In this document: positions 1 through 12,904 of the stretch, in pieces | Layout of the letters: each line of letters begins with the position of its first letter | Position numbering within the stretch: position 1 is the stretch's first letter | Source: Priapulus caudatus | Lineage: Eukaryota | Assembly: GCF_000485595.1 (NCBI RefSeq) | Contig: NW_014577075.1 | Location: 281,862-301,861, forward strand | DNA: 20,000 nt | Direction of reading: 5' to 3' | Position numbers and translations under genes: made by a program | The notes under the pieces: model-generated | Databases searched by the model: none | Told to the model about the DNA's origin: nothing | Seen by the model: the letters and a program-made list of their open reading frames with translations, nothing else

Positions 1-43
1 GATAGTAATAAACTAAATACATGATATTCTCTAAACATTGGCT

Positions 44-515
44 TTACATTGGTTTGCCATTAGACCGGTGCTTTTGGTACGAAGACTCTGAATCAGATTG
101 CGATTCTTGGCTGTGCTTCTTCTCTCTACCCATTTTAGACTTTTTATGATGTCTATCCGATTCGGAAGAATCCGAAGTAGTGCTCTTCCGCTTCCTCTTC
201 TTCTTCTTTTTCTTTTTGCCCTTGTGCTTTGACCTTTTGGGGTCGGAGCTATCAGAATCTGACTCGGAACTGTCCGTTTCCTCTTTCTCCCTCTTCTTCT
301 TCTTCTTTTTCGTCTTCTTCTTCTTCTGGCTGCCGTGCGACCGTGCGTCTTTAGATTTACGATCATCCCCACCGTCTCTCCTCCGGTCCTCACCTCTTCT
401 CTCATCCTGCCGTCGCATGCTGCTCTCCGATTCGCTGCTGTCGCTGGAGCGGTGGCGCCCTCTATTCCTAGCATCTGGCAAATCTCTCCTGTCGCTGCGG
501 CTGCGTACAATCTCA
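44..515 (-). CDS. PPIL4: PPIL4 terminal coding exon 13: RS/poly-Lys/Ser-Asp tail ending ...NGKPM*
   Basis: ttgcag|TGAG...; 472 nt in the frame of ORF 44..532; TAA at 44-46. Confidence 0.78.
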
Positions 516-3500
516 CTGCAAGTGTTATACACCAGTGTGCTTCAAATCAAAGGACCGCTTCTCGCATTAAAATTCAGTAATAATTATCAATTATACCCAA
601 TTTTATTTAACGAAGATTCGACTGCTGATAGAACAATTGCACTACCAATAGGGGACTGACCGCACGTTTATTTAGCAACCCGAGAGCTCAAACATTGCCA
701 GGGTGTCTACATCGAACGCACGCAATATCAATAATAGCAACTAAAGCGTTTAATAGCAACTAATAGTTTTTTAAAGCAAGGAATGCATTGATGCACACGT
801 CAAAAGGGAAGTCCATCCTTTAAAGAGGAGGACGCGAAAACAGAAAAAATGTGAGCTGAAAGACAGCCCACTAGTGGACATACCTCGACGTTCCTCCCCT
901 GTGATTACTGCCTCGTCCTCTTGCCTCGCTTCTCTCCTGCCTGTTCTGCGACTGCTCCCCGCGTCCCGCCATGCCACCTCCTCGCTGCGGATCCCTGTGC
1001 CTCGAGGGCCTCTCCTCGGCAGGGCTGTCACTACGTCTGGCCCGTCTATCACGAGGCGGTCTCGTGTCCTCGTCAGATGCTACGAGTTTATACTCGCTGC
1101 GCGAGCAACGGCCAGTTAAAGAAGACATGTGGAGAACGCGCAGTGCGGGCGACAGTTGAACATGCCACGAGTCTAGATTCGACGCAGCTACCCGCCAATC
1201 GTAAAGCCACGGAAGTGTTTAAGGCAGAGTAAAGTATGTCGATTACAGTACAGCGGTCATCTTTTTTTTTACATGGTTATTTCTAAGCTGGTTTTTAAAC
1301 ATTCTACACTAATCTTCTTAATCTTCCACTCGTCTATATTTATAAAGCATAATATAGTCTCAGACGATGTGAAATGCTGAAAAGGAGTTTAGTTGACAAG
1401 ATTTCTCTGGGTAGGACGGAATGCTACTTTAAACTAATATTTACACATAAATAACTATGCAGGTTTGCTTATGACTATCAAATAATCATACGAAGCCAAC
1501 TACTATCAACGAGTAACATAATAGACCAACATCTTATTGGTAATAGATTTCTGCATTGTCACACATACACATGTAGAGAAAAAGTCAATTTCTTCTGGAG
1601 TTTAAATACTAGATGAGACAAAATACCAAACTAGCATCTAATATTCACATGAAATTTTACTGAAAGATTATGAACACATGCAGCACCCTTAACTGGACAA
1701 ACGTTTCTAGCAGTCATTTGTTTAGGGCCATAGCATTGTCATGTCCACTTAGTTGGTTGACAGTCACGAAAAGGATACTCTTTCCTGCGGCCATCCTTCA
1801 GCATGTATTTTGGCTTCTTGTTTTCCTCTTGATTTGTGTCCTTGGAGTGCTCGACACCTTTACCTGCATCCCAATAATAATCCAGATCTTATACGTACAA
1901 GAAATAGAAACCAATTGACTGTTTTGGCTATTACAAAGGATGATTTTAGTGAGATTAATGATATGTACACCATTACACCTCCCACTGTGAGTATGACACA
2001 GGGAGATCCAAGCTTGTTTGCAGTCATGTGAACATTTTCTGGAATAGAGTCATATTGCCAGCATCACGACAGTTACTTGCCAGAGTACTGCAGTAAAGTA
2101 TGACACGTATTTCCATACACCACTAGAAATGTTCACGCAGCGCCATCTATTGGAGAACATATGTTAATTTGCAAGAAAAACGCAATGTCACTAATAAATA
2201 CTAATCTCTGTATGTCTTGCCTTTTCCTTTCCATTTGACCTTTGATACAGATTGGCTGAAGTCCACGTGAATTCTTCTGTCATCTATTAGTACATTGTCC
2301 ATCTTGAAATAAGCACGTTCACAGCTTTCTGGCTGAAATAGCAGGTAATCAATGTCTTCCCCGGAAACATCACGAATGGCCAAAATCATTTAGTTTATAT
2401 TTTCTAAGTGATTATGAAATAATTTAATGCAAGAATATGAGGTTCACATAATTGAGTTAATTGACATTCTGCACATCACAGACATTGTAGAAAAAAAAGA
2501 CTTTGGGCTAACAATATACATACCTCTTCAAATTCTATGAAAGCATATTGCAGTGATTCACCAGTCTTGTGGTCTCGTATTACTTCACAACTGTAAATCA
2601 GGTTAGACCAACATCAGGAAAAATACATTTGCACGAAGATCTAGAATCTACACGACGAGAATTATCTATGAAAAGCAAGCTTGTTTGCACGGTTACGCGT
2701 GTATGCGTACCCATGCTCGCAGTAAAAGTAATGAAATCATGATTACCTTCCGATTTTGCCGAATCGCGAAAATATGATTTCCAGATCTTCATCAGTTGTG
2801 ACCGGATTCAGCTTGCACACAAACAGTACGTTGTCAGGTGGCGCCACCTCTGCTTCAGGAAGATCACCGACCTTGAGAGTAAAAGCGTGATGATGCAAGC
2901 GGGGAAACAGAGATGCAGTACGTTGTTTGATCATGGCTCGTGCATAAGAAGTGTTGTTTGTTCACCACAAGATCTCACTAAATGAGCTGAGATAAAACGC
3001 ACGATGAAACGGGTAAAAGACAGCTAAGTTATGTTTCCACATGTTTTTTCTACCTCTAATGCCCGCCGCACACGTGAGTTATTTCACTCAAGTAAACTGA
3101 CGCATAAGTCAAATTACTCAACGAAAATCCGCCGCACACGTGAGTAAAATGATGCATGCGTCAAATTACTCAACGAAAATCCGCCGCACACGTGAGTAAA
3201 ATGATGCATGCGTCAAATTACTCAACGAAAATCCGCCGCACACGTGAGTAAAATGACTCATGCATCATTTTACTTGAGTAAAATAACTCACGTGTGCGCC
3301 GGGCTTAACTCACTTCTCTACTTCCAACTGTAGGCGTTTATCTGGACATACATTACACAAACTATATGTATACATTACACAAACTATATGTATACATTAC
3401 ACAAACTATATGTATACATTACACAAACTATATAATTATGTTACATGGAACTAGAATTCAGTGAACATACAAGAGGAGATGATGATGATGAATAAATTTA

Positions 3501-6500
3501 AGGTTGTATACCAGAGCATCTTACCATCTCCAAAATTTGTGTTCTCGCTTTTGCCTCTTTTTCCTTGATCATCTCTTCCACCATCTCTAAAGTCTTACCC
3601 TTTGTCGCATCTATTTCTTCGTCGGGGGCTATCCTTCCAGCCTGCACAATTGAATGTATAACATGATGTATATGATTGTATAACACAATAACACAAAAAT
3701 AATTCGTGGATTGTTTCACTCTTCTTTAATACGTTCCCGATAAAGTTCCTTAAAATTGCGCTTGAAATCATAGCAAGCAATAGACATTTTCACTTCAACC
3801 TAAACTAAATATTCATGTTCTTTGTCCCCCAGCATCCAAACATGTTCACCAAGATCTAATTGCTTCTTGCGGTTAGTTGACTTTAAGGCACCAATGTAAA
3901 CAGTATAAAGGATTGATCCACTTGCTACCTCTGATATCTTTTTAATGTGTTGACCGAGTAGAAAACGAGTTTGTCTGATATTCTGAAAATCTTACGAAGA
4001 CTGCCGAGTGTCACTGAAACGGTCTAAAATTGTAGTGAGCACTCTACACAATTCAAAGTTCTACCAGCACGAAAGATTTCGAGGATGAGGGGATATTAAT
4101 CTATCTTGAAAACTAGCGCTAATTCACTGCTGTGTACCTCCATCTGCTCCTTGGTAGGTTGCGGAGATCTGTCAGGGTAGTCGATCCCAGGCGGATCATC
4201 AAACGGATCGTCGAGTACTATCGTGTGGTTGACCCTGCAAGCAAGGATGAGGATAGAAGCACACGAATGCTACACATACATACATAAGAGAGTGCATAGA
4301 GTACGCTAGTCTGCGTGATAGATTGCAAGTCTCTTCTGTCAAAGCTCACACAGCAAGGCATGAAGACGAGTCGACAGATCATTTTCAAATTAGACATGTA
4401 TAATTACATTGCTAGGAAGTAACGATAGACATCAACTATTAGTCCTCTTGCTTTATTACTACTTCACTTCTTACAAACTAAGCTAGTTTTGCTGCTTACG
4501 ACACAATTAATTAGAATAAATTACAATAAACATTTGCATATTTTTCGACCTATGAGCATGAAAATTGTGATTAACGTTCCGCGTTCTTTAACATCCAACT
4601 GCCAAGCTTCTGTTGATACTAATCACAGAAGAGGCTACACAGTTGCCGCGCGCACCTGATGTCAACGTAGGGTCGGTGGGTTTCATCACAGATGGCTTCA
4701 CTCAGCTTGTCGAGCACATCCAGTCCCTCGCTCACCTCGCCGAATACCGTGTGCACCCCGTCGAGATAGTCCAGGCTCTCCCCCAGTGTGAGAAAAAACT
4801 GCAAGCAGATTATTCGTCATAGTCAGTCACCTCCAAATTAAGCAAGACTGAACAATCTGAAGAAGAGGACCCAGAACTCAAAATTTTAGCATTTGATTTA
4901 TTATTTCTCGTCGATTATAGCATTATTCTGGTCACATGACCCGTAGAGTGTATCCCGGTTACTTTCTCTACAATCAAAATACAAAATGGGACACTAGCAT
5001 CAGTCATTAAGTGTTGGGTACATGTATAGATATTAGGTATGACCACATTTCTAGATTTCTGCTATTGAGCAGTCACACGTTTGGACATCACTGCAACTAT
5101 GCTTTAGATATTATGATGTATCATAAAATGCACATGACTACACTTAAGCTGAATTAGTGTTGGAATGTGTAGCACTAAGGATGCTTACCATACAATTTTC
5201 ATAGTGTATGTCTTATAACAGAGCATGCTGTAGAACGCCCCATTTTTTGTTGCAAAGAGCAGCGTTAGGTATGTGAATAGAACGATCTTTCTAATCATAT
5301 ATGGCATATAAATGATCATGCAATCATGGAATGCAAGAAGCACACACATACCTGGGAACCGTGCATGTTGTTGCCGTTGTTTACCATCGACAAAGTGCCC
5401 AGCTTCCTGTGCTTGATAATGGGATTCGTTTCAGCCTCAAAGAACTGTGCCTGATCACCATAAACCTTGCTGTAAGAAAGAGTAATAATGCAGCTGAGCT
5501 GTTGTTGATATTATTATCTTTATCATCATCATGATCCACATCATGACCATCGTCATTATATGGTAAAGCCAAACCAACATATACTGATGACATTAATATC
5601 TTCTTACTTTGTACATATTTGCTATCTTATTCTTCATTAAAGTTTGTGCATCTACTACATTTATGAATGTACACAGTGATTCACTTTTTCTGTGTGCTGC
5701 AGGCAACTATCCCCAGTTAAGTATTATTGTAAATGAATATAAACTTTTGCACATGTAGGATTTTCTCTAACCAAGTCATCTGTAGTGTGAATATATTGCG
5801 CATATTTGCTATCTCACACACTATAGTGCAATCAATAAACAGTACCCTTATATTAACAGAAATTCCATAGAATTAAAAATTAAAAATGGGAATGCACATA
5901 TGGAATTCATAAAGGAATACCTGAAGATAGATTGGCCACCTCGTCCTGTTCCTGTCGGATCACCAGTCTGTGCCAAGAAGCCCTCCTACATAATCACAAT
6001 AACAGGTATATACACTAGGTGTAAGGGTAGAAACTACCATCACAATTTCTTGAAAGATGCTTTTCACAGGATTTTGTGAATGATCATTTAATGTCCTATA
6101 ATAGCAGTGGTAACATTGCTATGTTAAAAATATCAGTTAACTTGTAGCAGCATGAAGCAATTTATATTACCCCTGTTTCACAAGCTTATTAGAGCCATCA
6201 GGATACAGAGATTGTTGTAGTAAATAAAGTTGACCTTCAGGTCATCATTTTAAAAATGACAGTAATAAGAGTTCATACTAACCTGCACTGAATGAAATAG
6301 GCAATAGTTGTAGAATTTCAGCTTGCACAACTTCAGGAAGTTCAAACATGCTAAAAGTGGTAAATCATTATTAGAATTGCCAAAAATTAAAATAGCATCG
6401 ATTGGATGCGTAATATATGCAGCCAGGCCAATCAGCGCAACCGCAAACAGTTGCCAGCACCTGTCTTGACTTGTGTAACATTTGGGCGGTCATTTTGCAT

Positions 6501-9500
6501 CAACATTCGATGAATTTCTACGATTTAATAGCATTTTGGTGGGCCGATTGTCAAAAATGGCAGGTGTAGCTGTTGGAGCCGATTGCAAACAGTAATGTTG
6601 GACAAAGCTCAGTGGCGAGTTGAGACACTGTGGTGTTATATACATGTGTGCTGTACCGTGTGTGTGGTACGGTGGGGGGGGGGGCAGACTTGATCCCGCT
6701 GCCATTGAGTGTGTAGTATTGGTACAGCACTAACGAGTGACTAGACGATCTGCAGCCCGGATATCCACGCGAAGCGCGCAAACGCCGTGCAGCGGTGACA
6801 ATAAATCTTATTCGCTGCCCTATATAGAAAAATTTCGCCAGTGCCCTTTGGGTACAGGATAAAGCCGTATAATCGGTCAATTGAGGAGTTCTGGCGATTC
6901 CACAAGCCTTTCGACTATGCACGTAGGTCGAGAATAAATACAAATGCTGGTAATTGCTCGTTTGCTGGTCGGCGCGTTTCCTTTTCGTCTAGAAAAGCGA
7001 GTTTGTATTTCTTCCGTTTCACGCCCTGAATTTATTCTCGTACATATGGCGTGCCATAGATGGCGCGACGAGGCTCTCTTGGAGGGATTTTCAAGGTATT
7101 TTTCCACACAAGGATCGGCGATTCGGTTTAGACTGCTCCGCGGTGGAGAGTTCCACACGCTGCACTAACTATAACTTTAGTGTAGCGAAAGATACTTGGC
7201 CGAGTTAAGGTCCGTACCAGTCTACCTCGAATCGTGACGTGCGATTCAAATTATCGTAGCCATCTTAGTACCCCCGACGTTGATTGGCTAAGCCCATTGA
7301 TTGATGTTTGTTTTTCACTGAGAATTTCCACTAGATGTTATCTGGAAAAGCGCCTGGCTCCGTACGTGCGAGGTTTTTATCAACCTCTTGACCCCGCGCT
7401 GCCCGTGGCGACGGCACGTCGTGCGAGCACATGCTGGCGTGGCCGTGGCAGTTTTTACACGTAGCTAATCCTACAATACGCCGCCACACTGACACACAAA
7501 TATATATATCCACATGTTTTTACGAAGACGGCGGAGCGCGACATTCCAGCCTCCCTCCTCCCCCGCGCTCACGTGGCGGCTGGGCACGCCTCCAAATGCT
7601 ATATCCAACAAAGCTGGCTAGGGGCAGTTTTGCGCCGCGGTGACTTTTCCGCTATAAATTAGATTTTGTATTTATTTAGGGCCTTCATTTTATTGAAACG
7701 CTAGTGCAAGTGCATGCTTGTGTGCACTGCTGCCGGCAGCAGTTGATGCATGTAATATACGATACCTTATAAGCCAGGTGGCGGCGGAAGGGAGCGTAGA
7801 GAGAGAGAGAAGAGAGAGACAGACTGTGGGGAGTGCGGAAAGATAGAAGAAAGAGAGTGGGAAACGCCAAGATAAAGGTACGAAAATCAACGGCAGGTGG
7901 ACCGGAGAACAGGCAGAGCGATGTATCAAACGCGTGTCAATCTAATAATCGGACAAGGCCCCCCTCCAAAAGCGCCGATTAGCCGAGGCCGATGTACGTC
8001 GTCCCGAAAACGTGCGCGAGTGTTAGGCGGCTGCCCGCTAATACTCATATCGTGCGCCGAAGGGAACGCGGCTGTCCGCCTTCCTTCGGCGCACCGCCGC
8101 GAAATTCGTAATAGGCGGCGGAATGCGAAGATGCTACATACAAACACACCCGCGTCCGGCGTGCGCCAGTCCCGCGAGAAAGTGCGTGGCTTAACCGCTT
8201 TCGGCGGTCGGAGGAACAAACGCACGGTTTGCGCAGACGCCATCCTTGTAGCGCGGTTCTCTCTGGCTAACTGTTTAACTATTATTACTAGGACTAGGAG
8301 TAGGACTTCGCTCGCGACTCAAAGTATGGTGGTGAAGAGCACACGAGAACAAACGATCTACGAGTGTAAACATCAGCGTATGTGTGTACCTAAACCGACC
8401 AGGCTCTCCGACTAGTTACACGGCGGAGGAGTGTAACTCTCGCCACGTAGTGTTAGCGAGATGGGAACTTGTGGCTAGTGTGTACACAATCAGACACTAT
8501 GCATGGCAGCAAGTCGCAGGAGTGACTACTTTCGGGATCGCAAAGGGATAGTCTGGGACGCCGCAATATGTTTTTTGTATAATATGGGCTACACTAATAC
8601 TGTGGTGATAAACTAGGCTTGGGCTGCTCTACACTACGCGAAATCATGCTTACTTCGTGGCTTTGCGCTGTGTGAAATCTACTGGTGATATCGCCAAGGG
8701 TTGTTTTCAAGGAAGTAAACTGCGGCATCTTGGTCTCAACAGTGAGAACACGCCGGGGGTAGGTGTGCGCGATACCTTTAAGTTACGTTCAGCCAATTTA
8801 CTGTGCAACGAAAAAATAACAGTAATTAATATTTTCGGTAGATTACGCTGTATATTTACTTAATTAGTGTATGACACAGATAATATGTGTAGTCGCAAAT
8901 AATAGACAAGTCTCGCCGCGCTCCCGCAGAAGACATGCGTAATAAAACGTATCTTCTAATACTAGGCTTCGAACAGGTATTTCTAAAATACAACCTAAAG
9001 TATTGTGGCGATAGATGGAGGCACCGATGGCGTGCCGCTTGCCTTAGCTTTTGGACTGTAGTAAGTATGGAGGCCATAGAGTTTGTACTAAAATATATAA
9101 CTCTATATATACGTAAACTATATAACTCTTATGGTATAAGCATTGGTATCAGCTTTATAGTATGCGCGGAGGTAATTACGAATTTTTAATACGCTCTTGC
9201 TTATACTATAAAGCTGATACCTATGCTTATACCATAGAGTTATATATAATTTTTAATATTGCATGACTCATGGCAATCGGCTCGCGTGTGTGTGTTCGTG
9301 GTGTGTGTGTAGCCAAACTAGTGTTCGCCGCGGATCGATTGCAGCAGGGCAGCTTCGCCTTAGGGCGTCCCAGTCAGCAGCAGGCACGCCTTAGGGCGTG
9401 TCCAGTAGCAGAGCAGCTCGCCGTTAGCAGCGAGCCCAGCTGTTTATATCACATACAGTGTTAACAGCTCGGCGGGAGGTAATGCACTTTCGTGAGTGCC

Positions 9501-10281
9501 GCTCGCCGTGCCTAGTTCGGCTAGTTGGTATGACGGGTGAGTAATCTTTTATTTTCATCGGTAGCAGGACGATAATCACGAGTTCTTGAAATAGCCTTAA
9601 TAACTGTATTTAAACAAATGTATAAATAACACAGTATAGTGGCAGTATGACATGACTTAAGAAATTTTGCTTTAGCATAATCACCCATTTGAGACAGCGC
9701 TAAAATGATTAAAACTGATGAATGATACAATTTATCATTTCATCAGTTTTAATGCATTTAATCCAGTTAGTTATTTTATAACATATCTTATTAACGCATA
9801 ATATATATTTATATATTTATGACTGAAAAAACAGATAAAAATCTCGAAAGATTGGAGCTGCGAATAGAACCTGAAAAAACAATGAAACAGTGGATTTGTA
9901 AAATTTACGCATTGCACAGCCGCATTTTCTTTCCATCGCCAAGAAGTTACAAATTTGTAAAGTGCTTGAGATAGTTCCTGTGCATCGAAGTTTTGAAACC
10001 AAAAATTTTTTTGGGGGGGGGGGCAGGTTATTTCATAACTGTGACCCGTAATGGTCCGAAACTTTTTCTTATCCATATTTACCATTTATTAAATTTGGTG
10101 AGCTCAACATTTTTTCTACGGTAAATTGTGGCCCGTATCCTTTCAAAGGTGGAATTATAGTTCATCTTTCGCATTTCATTTTCCATTTTAATACGCAGAC
10201 ATTGTTTTATTACAATTTTACTGCCTGACTCTATCTCTCTTCCTCTATCTCTCTCTCATGCTCGTCTCTCTCTCCTCTCTC

Positions 10282-10325
<44 letters not shown>

Positions 10326-12362
10326 CCCTTCGGTCCCTCTCATCTCTCCGTCAAGTTCTCTCAAGTCTCTCTCCCTCTCTCGCAGCTCTCATCTCTCCTT
10401 CTCTCGTCTCTCTCTCTCGCTCTTTCTCTCGGTCTTTCTCTCGTTCTCTCTCGTCTCTCTCATCTCTCCTCTCTCCCCCGCCCTCGTCTCTGTCTCATCT
10501 CTCTCTTCTCTCTCTGCTGCTCCCCCGCTCTCTGCTCTCATCTCTCATCTCGTCTCTCTCTCGTCTCTCTCCCGCCCTTCTCTTGGTCTGCTCTCTCTCC
10601 GTCTCTCGTCTCTCTCGATGTCTCTTCTCTTCGTCTCTGGCTCTGTGTCTTTCTTCTCTCTCTCTCTCTCGTCTCATGCCTCTCCTCTCTCTCTCTCCCC
10701 CCCCCCGCTCTCTCGTCCTCTCATCATCTCTCGTCTCTCTCCTTTCCTCCTCCCCCCCCCTTTTTTTCCCTCCTTCCGCTGCTTTCTCTCACTAAAAACA
10801 GCTTGTTGAAATGATGTATAACGCAATGCGTATCTTGCGTTACGTAGGCTACGTCCGCTCGCAATATTGTAAATGCCTCTAAAATCCATTTTTTCGCAGT
10901 TTTATTGTTATTGGCTTCACTACAGAAATTTCAAATTATAGAACAAAAATTAAAATTTGACAAAATAAACGATTGATAGATGACTTTTCGAGTTACATCG
11001 CCTAGGCCTACTACTACTAGCAGCCCGTTCCAAGTATTTCTTGTCGTAAATATGAGAACAATGAAATGCATATATTAAAAGCCAACATGGAGATGTTGTA
11101 AGGCCAAGCACGCATTGATTTTAATCAATTGTCATGATTTCTGCACCAACATCTTTTTAGCTCGCACCCATTTCATATATCGTTGTTGCTTTCGCATCTA
11201 AAAAATCTAAGCCTCGCATCTGCTTTCTAATTAATGAAATTCTCGGTCGCCGAATTTGTAAGATTGGGCCATATATCAAGTATAGGTCAGGCCGACAACG
11301 TGCTTCTAATCGCATATTCATTATCTATATTAGCCATGCTGTTGAGATAGCAATTAACATATCCGCAGGTATCAAATACACGCCGCGCACACACACGACG
11401 CGCAGCGCAGCGCACACCACACACTCACTACACACACACACGCACACACACACACACACACAACACACACACAAACACAGCACACGCGCGAACGCACGCG
11501 CGCACGCACGGCACGCACGACACGCAACAGCATGCACACAGGCCACGCACGCAACGCAGAGCAACACAACACACACACACCACGACACAACACGACACAC
11601 ACACGCACGCACGATGCACGTGCAGGCACGCACCAAGCTGGCACGCACGCCAACACAGCACACACACAAACACACACCACAAAACACACACACACACACA
11701 CAAACAGTCACACACCCACACACACAACACACACACACACACACCCACACACATGCAGGCACGCACGGCACGCACACCACACGACACACAATCACACACA
11801 ACACCACCTCACACACGGACACACAACAACACATCTCACACGACACCACCACACACCCAACAACAGCACACAGCACCACACACGCAGCCGCACGCACGCA
11901 CAACACACACACACGGGCACAGATACAGCGACAGACACAGATGAGACTCGATACGCACCGTATCGTCTCTATCGCAGGTTATGGCTGTATATGGTGATAT
12001 GCAATTAGTTATATTTGCAGACCCCAACAATTCAGTAACCTGACTCGCCCTATATACAACGAGAAGAGTTTACTTGCCATGATTGATCGCCATTTCGGCG
12101 TGGACAATCTATTATAAGGCATAAATAGGCGCACGGTGGTGAAGCTTTTGCGTGCACTCTACGATTGGAAGTAAGCTGGCCAGTATTCATCTGCGCACCA
12201 GATGTAGATGCAGGCAGAAAGCAGAGCGAGAGAGAGAGAAAAGGAGAAAGGCAGAGAGGAGAGAGAGAGAGAGAGAGAAAAGAGAAAGAGAGAGAGAGGG
12301 AGAGAGAGAGAGAGAGCGAAGAGAGAGAGAGAGAGAGAGAGAAGATTAGAGAGTGAAAGAGT

Positions 12363-12393
<31 letters not shown>

Positions 12394-12793
12394 GAGAGAG
12401 AAGAGAGAAGAGAGGAGAGAGAGAGAAGAGAAAGAGAGAGAGAGAAAGAGAGAGAGGAGAGAGAGAGAGATGAGAGAGAGAGAAAGATGAGAGAGAGAAA
12501 GAAAGAGAGAGAGAGAGAGAGAAGAGCGGAGAGAGAGAGAGAAAGAGAGAGAGAAGAGAGAGAGAGCAGAGAGAGAGCGGGAGAGAGCGCAGCGCCGGAG
12601 AGAGAGAGAGAGAGAGAGAGAGCGCGGATGGAGAGAGTAGCGCTGCAGAACGAGAGGAGGGAGAGGGTGGAGAGACAGCGCGAGTCATAGAATTTAAATG
12701 AATGTAAATATACAAATATCATATAGATAATTTAAATAATATAGAGCATCTCATCAACGGAGGGACATAGAAAGAGAGAAAAAAGAAAGAGAA

Positions 12794-12825
<32 letters not shown>

Positions 12826-12873
12826 TAGAAGAGAGATGAGAGAGAGAGAGAGAGAGAGAAGAAAAGAGCGAGG

Positions 12874-12904
<31 letters not shown>

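Larger units (their letters stand above)
8125..11777 (+). repeat. Long direct duplication, copy A
   Basis: Collinear with 16793..20000. Shared anchors include ctctctggctaactgtttaactattattactaggactaggagtaggacttcgctc, tttatcatttcatcagttttaat and tactactagcagcccgttccaagta, plus the (CT)n and (CA)n tracts in the same order. Confidence 0.95.

Noticed and set aside
31..659. Overlapping ORFs 31..516(-), 180..659(+) and 335..580(+)
   Set aside because: Alternative-frame or antisense shadows of the low-complexity last PPIL4 exon. Splice phase selects the 44..532 frame.
3108..3255. CRISPR-like array
   Set aside because: The sequences between repeated motifs are identical, so this is a plain tandem repeat. 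The context is a eukaryotic intron with no cas genes.
6198..6248. Possible intronic C/D box snoRNA (minus strand ATGATGA...CTGA)
   Set aside because: Only 51 nt, no terminal stem and no recognisable rRNA guide.
7897..8415. 172-aa plus-strand ORF
   Set aside because: No recognisable domain; it straddles the duplication boundary and is not preserved as an equivalent ORF in copy B.
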